From the NCBI GenBank assembly GCA_022664555.1, contig GCA_022664555.1_4839.2: a stretch of DNA of 20,556 nt; one strand, given 5' to 3'. Under the pieces are notes generated by a model. It ran no database searches, had not been told where the DNA came from, and was given only the letters and a program-made list of their open reading frames with translations. Shown in pieces: positions 1 to 7,729 of the stretch. This stretch comes from Escherichia coli (GTDB lineage: Bacteria > Pseudomonadota > Gammaproteobacteria > Enterobacterales > Enterobacteriaceae). Every line of letters starts with the position of its first letter. Position 1 is the first letter of the stretch. The translations under genes and the position numbers were made by a program.

Positions 1-1
1 C

Positions 2-154
2 ACCCATACCCGCGAACAGGGATTCATCGACAACCAGGGCAACTTCCTCACTCGTGAAGAGGCATGCATCGTAGCCCGTGAAGCTGGACAGATCAATCAG
101 GTGCGCCTGAAGACAACCCCGTTCCGCGAACTCTTTTCCGAAGACCTCTATTGA
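2..154 (+). CDS. 3' end of a gene truncated by the window edge (C-terminal ~50 aa), function unknown
   Basis: Frame 2 is open from the window edge to TGA at 152-154 (...GFIDNQGNFLTREEACIVAREAGQINQVRLK...). Not in the ORF track because it has no start in the window. Confidence 0.35.
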   Translation, partial: THTREQGFIDNQGNFLTREEACIVAREAGQINQVRLKTTPFRELFSEDLY

Positions 155-160
155 AGAAAA

Positions 161-194
161 AGGCGGTATTATACCGCCTCGACCTCTTGTTTGG
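161..194 (+). terminator. Possible intrinsic terminator after the truncated upstream gene
   Basis: Stem aggcggta/taccgcct (161-168 / 172-179) followed by a weak T-rich stretch (ctcttgtttgg). Confidence 0.3.
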
Positions 195-203
195 TAACAT
201 CAA

Positions 204-446
204 ATGAACCCAGAATTTGAAAATCTGTTCGAGCGATGCTTCGAACCAGGTTCTGTGTCCGGTTACATGGACCGCCTTTGCACTGCCATTGTAATACGCC
301 TTGCTGCCAAGGGTATCGTTGTCAACACCATTATCCGCAATGGGAACAACTTTATCATGCAGATGACTGATTATCACCACCGCACAGGCATCATCCAGGT
401 GTCATGTGTTGACAACAGCATTATTGAATGGAGACAGTACGCATGA
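204..446 (+). CDS. Hypothetical protein (80 aa)
   Basis: ATG at 204; stop TGA overlaps the next ATG (ATGA at 443-446), suggesting translational coupling. No clear SD upstream. Confidence 0.4.
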   Translation: MNPEFENLFERCFEPGSVSGYMDRLCTAIVIRLAAKGIVVNTIIRNGNNFIMQMTDYHHRTGIIQVSCVDNSIIEWRQYA

Positions 447-1042
447 CCACATATGTAATCAATGGTGGCGATCTACTGAAAGCCGCCTGTAGCTTCAATC
501 TGATCGACATCTTTGCCCACGGTGCCAACTGTTGGTCTACCATGGGCGCGGGTATTGCCCTGCACATCGGCAACAACTTCCCAGCGCTGCGCGAAGTCGA
601 TGCGAACGACCCTCGTGGTCCAGAGCAACGCCTGGGTGGTATGTCCTATGCATTTGACCACAGCAAGGGCGTTTGGGGCGCGAACCTCTACACTCAGTTT
701 TATCCAGGCCCTAACGCTCGCATGCCGTCTGTCATCAGTTCTGTTCAGACCCTGTTTGAGCAGGTGCATGAAATTGTGGAAGCAACTAAAGACGAAACTG
801 TCTATGTCGGCCTGCCTGCTATCGGCTGTGGTATTGGTGGTCTGAACCTCTACAGTGTAGTGCGCCATATCAATCGAATCTCTGAAAGCGTGTATGAAGA
901 GACCCGCCGTCGTGTCGTCCCAGTCTTCTATATCAGGGAAGGAGACGGATTCGATGATGATCTGATGGAACTTTCTCATCTGGACACAGAAGGTATCATG
1001 ATTGTCGAAGATGAGCAAGAAATCATCGACGAGGAGGGGTGA
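443..1042 (+). CDS. Macro-domain (ADP-ribose binding/processing) family protein
   Basis: ATG at 443 with GGAGA 7 nt upstream. Motifs IDIFAHGANCWSTMGAGIALHI and VYVGLPAIGCGIGGL resemble the two glycine-rich macro-domain signatures. Acidic C-terminal tail. Confidence 0.6.
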   Translation: MTTYVINGGDLLKAACSFNLIDIFAHGANCWSTMGAGIALHIGNNFPALREVDANDPRGPEQRLGGMSYAFDHSKGVWGANLYTQFYPGPNARMPSVISSVQTLFEQVHEIVEATKDETVYVGLPAIGCGIGGLNLYSVVRHINRISESVYEETRRRVVPVFYIREGDGFDDDLMELSHLDTEGIMIVEDEQEIIDEEG

Positions 1043-1045
1043 ATA

Positions 1046-1297
1046 ATGATATGCGCGTTTGATCAAGAATTTTATAAAAAGGTCAATATTCTAAAACTTG
1101 TCATGTCTGGAACTAGTTCGAAAGAAGTATCAGAAATTTATTGTATTTCACAGGCCAGGGTGAGCCAGATTTTGAGGGAAACTATAGGGTTACTTTGCCC
1201 AGAGATAGAAATTAAGCGCGTCAACAAAAAGTTCATTGATGAAAATTATTATACAGTAAAAGCCAAAATAAAGTGTTGGGAGAATAAGCATGTATAA
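1046..1297 (+). CDS. Small HTH DNA-binding protein (sigma-70 region-4 / NUMOD1-like helix-turn-helix)
   Basis: ATG at 1046 preceded by GAGGAGG. HTH-like segment SSKEVSEIYCISQARVSQILRE. The ORF lies in a visibly AT-rich island compared with its flanks. Confidence 0.55.
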   Translation: MICAFDQEFYKKVNILKLVMSGTSSKEVSEIYCISQARVSQILRETIGLLCPEIEIKRVNKKFIDENYYTVKAKIKCWENKHV

Positions 1298-1922
1298 ATC
1301 AAATTTTTTGGCTGTGGCTGACAGTGAAACCTTGGGGCGCTGGGATGATGCAGTCATGCTGTCTTGGGCGCACACCATCGCCGATCTGACCAAGCGTTAT
1401 ACACTTCAGCAGCTGGTTGAGGAGCGCACGACGTTCATTAAGCTGAATGTCAAAGAGCAGCTCGAACTTGGTCGCGTGAAGGACCAGGGGACGGTAGAAT
1501 GGTGGTTGGGGGCGGGTAAACGTAACCCGTGTGATGCGGCTCGCGCAGTCAGTCTGTACCCCAAGGAAGATGACATCTCTATCTTCCAATTGGCCGATGA
1601 AATCCGCAAGGGTTGCCATCGTCTTGGGGTAGACCCGCGCTCGGTTGACTGGTGTGATCGCAACCTGTTTGATCTGCGCAAGGCTCAGCACATCATTGAG
1701 GTGACATGTAAGCAGGACTCCAACGAGCCTTGGGACTACCACCACACCTTCGACATCGTGAGCTGGCTGAAGGGTGTTGGACAGCAGGATCGGTATGCTG
1801 GTATCAAGGCGTGGGAACTGGAAGGTATGGTCTATCATGACCCTCGTTATGACGCTGCGCTTGACTGGCTGCGTATTCAGAAGACCATGGAAGATCTGAT
1901 GGGGCTGGAGGTTGTGGGATGA
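1290..1922 (+). CDS. dexA: DEDDh-family 3'-5' exonuclease (T4 DexA-like)
   Basis: ATG at 1290 with GGGAGA upstream. Exo I motif AVADSETLG, Exo II-like NLFDL, Exo III motif HDPRYDAALDW (H-x4-D). Length and motif order match phage exonuclease A. Confidence 0.75.
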   Translation: MYKSNFLAVADSETLGRWDDAVMLSWAHTIADLTKRYTLQQLVEERTTFIKLNVKEQLELGRVKDQGTVEWWLGAGKRNPCDAARAVSLYPKEDDISIFQLADEIRKGCHRLGVDPRSVDWCDRNLFDLRKAQHIIEVTCKQDSNEPWDYHHTFDIVSWLKGVGQQDRYAGIKAWELEGMVYHDPRYDAALDWLRIQKTMEDLMGLEVVG

Positions 1923-2221
1923 TTGTATTCACTGTCATCGGTGTGATCGTAACAGCTGGGGTGTTCACAGCCATATTGGGCTACCTGTACTTCATGTTCC
2001 TTCATCCGTTATTTCAGGCGTTCAGTCTCACGAATTGGTACTTGGCCTGCCTAAAGGCCGACGGCGGCGTGAACACAGCCTCTCTTCCTTACTGGCGGCT
2101 GGTAGCGCATTACTACTCGGTCGGTGGATGGCCTGGGGAAAGGACATGGAACTCTATCGGTGAGTGGTATGGAATAGGTCGATGGCGTATATTCCCTGAT
2201 GAAGACGATCAAGCCCCGTGA
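1919..2221 (+). CDS. Small membrane protein (N-terminal transmembrane segment)
   Basis: ATGA overlap with the dexA stop. Hydrophobic N-terminus IVFTVIGVIVTAGVFTAILGYLYFMF. Terminator immediately downstream. Confidence 0.5.
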   Translation: MIVFTVIGVIVTAGVFTAILGYLYFMFLHPLFQAFSLTNWYLACLKADGGVNTASLPYWRLVAHYYSVGGWPGERTWNSIGEWYGIGRWRIFPDEDDQAP

Positions 2222-2234
2222 GGGGCTTTTCTAT
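2211..2234 (+). terminator. Rho-independent terminator
   Basis: agcccc-gtga-ggggct stem-loop (2212-2227) followed by TTTTCT; overlaps the stop codon of the preceding ORF. Confidence 0.6.
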
Positions 2235-2285
2235 ATCCGGGGTAGAGTATCATTGGTTCACCAATGAATCCTCGGGAGAGGTGAT

Positions 2286-2627
2286 ATGAAACGTTCGGTT
2301 GTCGTAAATGACATCACGAGATTGATAAACCTTGTCAAAGATGTGTTTCCACAACAGGTGGATGTCGAGTACGTGGGGAAGAACGGGAAGTGTTACCAGG
2401 TCGCTCTGTTGTTGAAGCACGTGTATCCCCAAGCAGAGATCCATTACAGTCAGACCGAAGGTCATGTGTATACTCTGATTGATGGGCATTACTACGACAT
2501 CGACGGCATCCACTTCAGTGTCCCACCGGACACGTGTTTGCTCGAACACAACAGAGGCCATAAACCCCATCGCTGGCATAAAGGATTTGTGAACGTACCA
2601 ATTTTAGAATGGTTGAGGAGACCATAA
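2286..2627 (+). CDS. Hypothetical protein (113 aa)
   Basis: ATG at 2286 with GGAGAGG 5-6 nt upstream; stop TAA overlaps the next start (TAATG). Confidence 0.55.
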   Translation: MKRSVVVNDITRLINLVKDVFPQQVDVEYVGKNGKCYQVALLLKHVYPQAEIHYSQTEGHVYTLIDGHYYDIDGIHFSVPPDTCLLEHNRGHKPHRWHKGFVNVPILEWLRRP

Positions 2628-3187
2628 TGGCAGGAATTGTGAAGTACCTGGGCGACACCCACCTCGGGCACAAGAAGATCTTCAAGCCCCGTGGGTTCGA
2701 CACGCAGGAAGCCCACGACGCTGTGGTCATCGACAGTATCTTTCAGGGGCTGAAGTCCCGAGACGTCCTTGAACTTGCAGGCGACATCTGCTTCATCGGG
2801 GCTGAGGGGTTCATTCGCCTGATGCGCGAGGGTGCCAAGCGGAATATTGATGAGTTCAAACGCCGCCCGGTTCCCGATGACTGGCGACCGAACTTTATCA
2901 TCAGGGTGGCGCAAGGCAACCATGACAATTTCAAGATGTTGATGCAGCTGTATCAAGAGGGATGGATTAGCTCCTTTGGTGCGATGTATGAGCGTGATAC
3001 TCCGGTTGGTCGTGTGCTGACCACTCACGTTCCTTATCAATTAGACCGCTGGGCGTATAATATCCATGGTCATCTTCACAGTGAAATGCGTGAAGAACGT
3101 GAATACCTGAACTGTAGTTGGGAACAATTCAAGCGCCCTGTAACCCTGTCTGAGTTGTTATACACCAATCTGGGGATTGAAATATGA
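2627..3187 (+). CDS. Calcineurin-like metallophosphoesterase
   Basis: ATG at 2627 with GAGGAG 6 nt upstream. Metallophosphatase motifs GDTHLG (GDxHG), GNHD (GNH[DE]) and HGHLH. Confidence 0.7.
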   Translation: MAGIVKYLGDTHLGHKKIFKPRGFDTQEAHDAVVIDSIFQGLKSRDVLELAGDICFIGAEGFIRLMREGAKRNIDEFKRRPVPDDWRPNFIIRVAQGNHDNFKMLMQLYQEGWISSFGAMYERDTPVGRVLTTHVPYQLDRWAYNIHGHLHSEMREEREYLNCSWEQFKRPVTLSELLYTNLGIEI

Positions 3188-3501
3188 AAATTTATTTTCC
3201 TGGCCAAAAAGTGCCTTCTGAAGTGCAGAAGGTCACAATCACAGGCTACCGGAAAGGGGATCCATATCTGCGCTTCTCCTCTCCATGTATCGTGAAGCAA
3301 ACTAAAACGGGTTATTATATCAGGCCGATTGTGTTGATGGGCTGTGTAATGACGTTCAGAGCTTCCTGTGAACACGTTCTTATACAAGGAAGCCCGAACA
3401 TCGAAGGTGGAGAAACCCACACGAACTGCAAGCCGATTATCCCGACATGGTTGATTATTGGTGTGCTTTCCGTTTTAGCTCTGAAAGGAATATTGTCATG
3501 A
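3184..3501 (+). CDS. Hypothetical protein (105 aa) with hydrophobic C-terminus
   Basis: ATGA overlap with the preceding stop. C-terminal TM-like segment [18 protein letters not shown]. Confidence 0.45.
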   Translation: MKIYFPGQKVPSEVQKVTITGYRKGDPYLRFSSPCIVKQTKTGYYIRPIVLMGCVMTFRASCEHVLIQGSPNIEGGETHTNCKPIIPTWLIIGVLSVLALKGILS

Positions 3502-3827
3502 AAAAGCCGCGTATTACAGGACACCAACTCTTGGTTCTCTACGGGATAGAGAACTTTGAGAAAGGTCATTACCGTTATGTTGAATGGTACTTGCATCCCA
3601 TATCCTGTACCAATGAGAAGTGCTACACGGTGTGTACGTTCAAGTTATTCACGATTTCTTGTGGTTTCACCTCCGTCAAAGGCAACCCCCGCACTGGGGC
3701 TTCCCTGCTCGCCAAGGGGTTGATCGAACCAGCTGGCTCAATGGTTCATGACGGTTCTTACGTGAACTGGCCGAACGCTGAGGTGACGTTCTATCGCCTG
3801 ACCGAACTCGGTAAATCTTATCTCTGA
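3498..3827 (+). CDS. Hypothetical protein (109 aa), possibly winged-helix-like
   Basis: ATG at 3498 (AAAGGA upstream), ATGA overlap with the preceding stop. The ORF-track start at 3447 looks like an upstream extension. Confidence 0.5.
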   Translation: MKKPRITGHQLLVLYGIENFEKGHYRYVEWYLHPISCTNEKCYTVCTFKLFTISCGFTSVKGNPRTGASLLAKGLIEPAGSMVHDGSYVNWPNAEVTFYRLTELGKSYL

Positions 3828-3851
3828 ATAAAGATTCAGCGGTTATTGAAG

Positions 3852-3883
3852 AAGGGGGAGTATATACTTCCCCTTAGTTTATT
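3852..3883 (+). terminator. Rho-independent terminator
   Basis: 10-bp stem aagggggagt/acttcccctt (one G-U pair) with loop atat, followed by agTTTATT. Preceded by the 10-mer gttattgaag. Confidence 0.6.
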
Positions 3884-3897
3884 AAGAGGAACCGGAA

Positions 3898-4212
3898 ATG
3901 ACCCCATTAAAAGAAATGTATGAGCGCCTGGCTGAACTACAGGCGAAGGAAAAGCGCTTCTCAGAAGAAGAGTCTGAAATCTCCGAGCTGAACACTTTGA
4001 TCGCCACTCGCGAGAAGTACCTGCAGCGCTACATTAATCACCCACCGCGCATGGTAGACCGCGTCAGCACTATCATGGACCTGGATGAAGTTACTCCTGG
4101 CAAAGAAATCATTGTCAGGGAAGTCCATCAGATGGTCGCCATGGGTCAGATCTTTGGTCGTGCAGACCAAGACGACATGATGTTCCTCCTTGAAAAGAAA
4201 CTGGTGATGTGA
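3898..4212 (+). CDS. Hypothetical protein (104 aa)
   Basis: ATG at 3898 with AAGAGGA 7 nt upstream; stop TGA overlaps the cd start. Confidence 0.55.
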   Translation: MTPLKEMYERLAELQAKEKRFSEEESEISELNTLIATREKYLQRYINHPPRMVDRVSTIMDLDEVTPGKEIIVREVHQMVAMGQIFGRADQDDMMFLLEKKLVM

Positions 4213-4718
4213 TGGCTATCAAACCCCGTATGTTGTTTGCGCATATGCGCTCGGCTCATGCATACGCTCTGTCCAGCTATGCCCAGCGCCTGAAGGTCGG
4301 CTGTGTTATCGTTGACCCGCGTGTTGACCAGCCCCTGTCTATCGGTTGGAACGGGACTGCTCCTGGCGCTCCTAATGTCTGTGAGAAGGAAGTAGACGGT
4401 CAACTGGTATATGTGGGTGTTATCCACGCCTAGGATAATGCTCTGATCAAACTCCCCCAGCACACCGAAGACTGTTGTGGCCTGGTGATGTTTGTCACTC
4501 ATAGTCCATGCCCAGAGTGCACCCGTCGTATTATCGACAGTGGCAAGATCGCTAAAGTGTTCTATGACCGACAATATAGTATCACAGACTGTATTATTGA
4601 AATGCTGGCTGCTGGAATTGAAGTATATCGCATGGTCGATCAGGTTGTTGTAGTCCAGCATTCTGTGAAGAACGGCGAACTGGTATCCACCCCTGTTTTA
4701 GTGAACCCTGACAAATAA
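4212..4718 (+). pseudogene. cd: dCMP deaminase (cd) interrupted by an in-frame amber codon (TAG at 4431-4433) at the catalytic-Glu position
   Basis: Single 168-codon frame. N-part VGCVIVD...SIGWNGTAPG...VIHA, then TAG, then DNALIKL...THSPCPEC. This matches the deaminase zinc motifs H-A-E and PCxxC, with the stop where E is expected. ORF-track fragments are 4209..4433 and 4485..4718, in the same frame. Confidence 0.75.
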
Positions 4719-4728
4719 GGAATTTATC

Positions 4729-5136
4729 ATGCGTTATGTAGATCGTATGCTCGGCAAAGACGAGCACGTTATTGCCTTCACCCGCCCGACTTGGTGGAGC
4801 GGTTTTTGGATTTATGTTCTGGTTATTTTAACGTTTATTCCAACATTTGGATTCAGCTTGTTATTTCTGATACCAACAATTTTAAATGTATTGACAACTG
4901 AATTCGCTGTGACTAACAAGCGCGTCATCGTCAAGCGCGGGTTCATCCGTCGTGATGCTGATGAGTTGCGCATTGGTAAGGTGGAGACAGTGAAGGTTGA
5001 TCAGTCCATCACAGGCCGCATCTTGGGTTTCTCAACAATCAGCGTGATCGGTACGGGCGGCACCCGCCTGCTGGCCAAGGGTTGTGCTGGTGGTAATGCG
5101 TTCCGTCAGAAGATCTACGATCACCTAGAAGACTGA
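4729..5136 (+). CDS. Membrane protein with bacterial PH-like (DUF304-type) domain
   Basis: ATG at 4729 with AAGGA upstream. Two hydrophobic segments followed by a TNKRVIVKRGFIRRDADELRIGKVETVKVDQSITGRILGF pattern. Confidence 0.55.
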   Translation: MRYVDRMLGKDEHVIAFTRPTWWSGFWIYVLVILTFIPTFGFSLLFLIPTILNVLTTEFAVTNKRVIVKRGFIRRDADELRIGKVETVKVDQSITGRILGFSTISVIGTGGTRLLAKGCAGGNAFRQKIYDHLED

Positions 5137-5138
5137 TC

Positions 5139-5351
5139 ATGATCATTTCAGGTTACACCATCGATCTTTATTGTGAATGCTCAGATTGCAAGGCATGCAG
5201 TTGGGCTTGGGAAGAGCATCACCCCAAGTGCGGGTTCAAACAATACACTGGTGAGACTTGGGGTGAGTGTGTCAAACAGGCGCGAGCAGACGGCTGGCAA
5301 ATTGGGCGCGACAGGCATACCTGTTACGCCCCTGGCCACAAGAGAAGTTAA
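5139..5351 (+). CDS. Small cysteine-rich protein (possible zinc-binding)
   Basis: 70 aa with CECSDCKAC ... HHPKC ... C ... C spacing; follows the previous stop by 2 nt. Confidence 0.45.
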   Translation: MIISGYTIDLYCECSDCKACSWAWEEHHPKCGFKQYTGETWGECVKQARADGWQIGRDRHTCYAPGHKRS

Positions 5352-5962
5352 GGTAAGAGCAGTCCATCATCCCGCTCCGTTGGGGCGGGTTTAATCTCCT
5401 TCCGCATCTGTTCTTTCAAGAATCTGACACGCTCGGCATGTCGGCGATCTTGCATCTCCATATCCCGTTTCTTTTTCGACTTCAATTCGAACTGTTTACG
5501 AACATCCGGATCTTCACCTGGAACAAGATGCTCTTCGGTCCAGATAATGAACTTCCAGTTCTTCTTGGCACACAGTTCGCGGGTGGCCTCCCACTTGGCA
5601 GAATTGACCAACCAGGTTCGCATCGCATTGTTGAACGTCGACTCCTTCATGTTCGGAGTCTTCTTCGGCTGCTTGATCTGGTCTTTGGGCTTGATCTCAA
5701 TGAGGGTGACCTGTAGTTCCTCTTGCCCTTCACGGCGCGTCCAGACCTTGAGGTCCATGAAGTAACGATGGGTGCGCCCGTCTACTGGGGAAATGTAAGG
5801 GATTACGGTCTCCTCGTTTTCCCAGAAAATGATCGCAGGATTAGTATCACAAAACTTGAAAGCCACAAGTTCCAAAGAAGATCGAAATACGATTTTGTTT
5901 GGGTTGCCTTTGTACTTTTTAGGATTGACAGGAACATATTTCCCTTGAAGATATTGCGCCAT
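5348..5962 (-). CDS. Hypothetical protein with PD-(D/E)xK-like nuclease motif and lysine-rich C-terminus
   Basis: ATG at 5962 with GGAGGA upstream, overlapping the seg stop (TAATG). Motif ...PYISPVDGRTHRYFMDLKVW... (D ... D-L-K). Confidence 0.5.
   Translation of the reverse strand: MAQYLQGKYVPVNPKKYKGNPNKIVFRSSLELVAFKFCDTNPAIIFWENEETVIPYISPVDGRTHRYFMDLKVWTRREGQEELQVTLIEIKPKDQIKQPKKTPNMKESTFNNAMRTWLVNSAKWEATRELCAKKNWKFIIWTEEHLVPGEDPDVRKQFELKSKKKRDMEMQDRRHAERVRFLKEQMRKEIKPAPTERDDGLLLP
5371..5395. terminator. Possible bidirectional terminator hairpin between convergent genes
   Basis: cccgctcc-gtt-ggggcggg stem-loop followed by TTTAAT. It lies in the last codons of the minus-strand ORF, so the assignment is tentative. 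Confidence 0.3.
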
Positions 5963-6699
5963 TATGCTTTCCTCCAACCTTTATGCTGTAAATTGCGACC
6001 CTTGTTTACGTGGCCCATGGAGCCTTCGCTCAAACCGATTTCTTTACAAAATTTTGCCAGGTTGACAATTGTCACCAACTGCCCTTCTGGGTTGATGAAT
6101 TTGAATTCTCGGGAATTGGCCTCGGATATTCTCTCGCGCCCTTCTTTCGTCACAGCCCCTTTGCAATTAGAGTAATCTACCAACCCCAATTCAACAAGTC
6201 GCTTATTTGAATTTCTTATTTTGTCCCTGGTTTGCTGGTCTACAACACAACCAAATCTTGGGTTATTTTCTCCCGAACGATCTTTTCCAAACCAAAAATT
6301 TCTAGAACCGTTTAGCGCTCTTGAACGATAAATTCTTTCCAGTTCTTCTTTTGGTTTAGAGAGTAATGTGTTCAGAGCTTTGGTAGACGCCTGCTTTCTA
6401 GCCTCTGGGTCTGAATTGATGTGGTCGAAGGATCCACATCCACCCAGCGTCAAATTGTATGTATCTTCCCTTTCTATAAAATCTTTGGTTACTATTCTGG
6501 ATTCTTCTAGGTACATTTGTTCCTGAGTTTCACACTCCAATAAAATATCCTTTCTGAAGTTTTCAACTCCATGTTTCTTGATTGCTCTGGTTATCATAAC
6601 ACCAGAACCCATATAGCCATCATCCGGTTCGCCTTTGTGGGCACCAACATATATCTTACCGTTTAGAAGATTGGTTATCTGGTAGACGAAGTATCTCAT
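5962..6699 (-). CDS. GIY-YIG homing endonuclease (Seg-like)
   Basis: N-terminal YFVYQITNLLNGKIYVGA ... GYMGSG ... E ... N matches the GIY-YIG catalytic module. C-terminal half has NUMOD-like DNA-binding repeats. GC is visibly lower than in the flanks. Confidence 0.8.
   Translation of the reverse strand: MRYFVYQITNLLNGKIYVGAHKGEPDDGYMGSGVMITRAIKKHGVENFRKDILLECETQEQMYLEESRIVTKDFIEREDTYNLTLGGCGSFDHINSDPEARKQASTKALNTLLSKPKEELERIYRSRALNGSRNFWFGKDRSGENNPRFGCVVDQQTRDKIRNSNKRLVELGLVDYSNCKGAVTKEGRERISEANSREFKFINPEGQLVTIVNLAKFCKEIGLSEGSMGHVNKGRNLQHKGWRKA
5962..6699 (-). mobile_element. Free-standing homing endonuclease gene inserted between nuclease and baseplate genes
   Basis: Same ORF as the Seg-like CDS; intergenic placement and compositional difference from neighbours. 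Confidence 0.55.
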
Positions 6700-6749
6700 A
6701 ATCTAGTCCTAAATAGTCATAACACTCTATCTATTTAAGGGCTGAGACC

Positions 6750-7718
6750 ATGGCCGACTTCAAGAAGACAATCGATAAGATCAAGGTTCTGAACACCAAG
6801 GGATTGTCCCAGGCTCAGAAGCAATTGTCTTATCCCCTGGACGTCACTGGGGGTAAGACCTTAGGACACTATGTCCTATTCAACATCAACCGCATCTCCG
6901 GTTCATCTTATGGCAATACGGCTACTCAGACTATCGAGAACCCAATACAGAACCCTCTGGGGAATACTCCTGTGGTCTATGGGTCCAAGTCTGGTTCCAT
7001 CACCAAATATGCATGGGCGCGTCACGTTCGTTCAAACGAGTCCATCGTCTTGTGTATGCCAGAGTCCATTACAACCAACTATGGTGTTGGCTGGAACGGT
7101 AGTGAGCTGGGGCTGGCTGGAATGGGTGCACAGTTCCTTTCCCGCGCCGCCCAAGACATGACTCAGTTTAAACTGGGTGATGCACTCAACGTCGGGAAGG
7201 AGATGGGGCGATTCGCTGCCACCAAGGCTATCCAATCTGCATCGGAGGCTATCCCGTTCCTGCCGAGCATTAACGCCCATGACACCCTTGAGTTGTTCAC
7301 AGGCACCATGACCAACCCATATGTGGAGATGATCTTCCAGGGTGTTCGCAACCGTGAGATTCCATTTACATTCAAATTCACGCCGCGATCTCAGAAGGAA
7401 GCCAAGATGGTCCGTGAGATCATCCGCATGTTCAAGATGCATATGTACCCAGAGTACAAGTACAACAAGAATTCCAGCGCGTTTTACTTGCATCCTTCAA
7501 CATTCGACATTACGTTCATGGTCAATGGGGAGCGTAACCAGTGGCTACACCGCATCTCCACTTGTGTACTTTCCAACATGTTCGTCAACGAGACGCCGGA
7601 CAGTTCATACGCGGTTCACAAAGATGATGGTATCGTGTCCACGCAGGTTGACATGACCTTCATCGAACTGGAGCCTCTGCATAAAGGGCGCTTTGAAACC
7701 GAAGGCGATAGCTTCTAA
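6750..7718 (+). CDS. Baseplate/tail-tube junction protein with tail-tube fold (gp19-family; gp54/gp48-like by size)
   Basis: 322 aa. C-terminal REIPFTFKFTPRSQKEAKMVREIIRMFKMHMYPE resembles the conserved tube-protein motif. First gene of a + strand structural operon. Confidence 0.6.
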   Translation: MADFKKTIDKIKVLNTKGLSQAQKQLSYPLDVTGGKTLGHYVLFNINRISGSSYGNTATQTIENPIQNPLGNTPVVYGSKSGSITKYAWARHVRSNESIVLCMPESITTNYGVGWNGSELGLAGMGAQFLSRAAQDMTQFKLGDALNVGKEMGRFAATKAIQSASEAIPFLPSINAHDTLELFTGTMTNPYVEMIFQGVRNREIPFTFKFTPRSQKEAKMVREIIRMFKMHMYPEYKYNKNSSAFYLHPSTFDITFMVNGERNQWLHRISTCVLSNMFVNETPDSSYAVHKDDGIVSTQVDMTFIELEPLHKGRFETEGDSF

Positions 7719-7729
7719 GAGAGGATGCC

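Noticed and set aside
93-1066. Minus-strand ORFs 93..380 and 473..1066 overlapping the 80-aa and macro-domain genes
   Set aside because: They run against the operon direction, lack ribosome-binding sites, and the + strand frame carries recognisable macro-domain motifs.
6708-6716. T4-type late promoter (TATAAATA) upstream of the structural operon
   Set aside because: Only a partial match (cTAAATAg) about 35 nt upstream of the 6750 start. No exact TATAAATA was found anywhere in the window by eye, so no late promoter is called.
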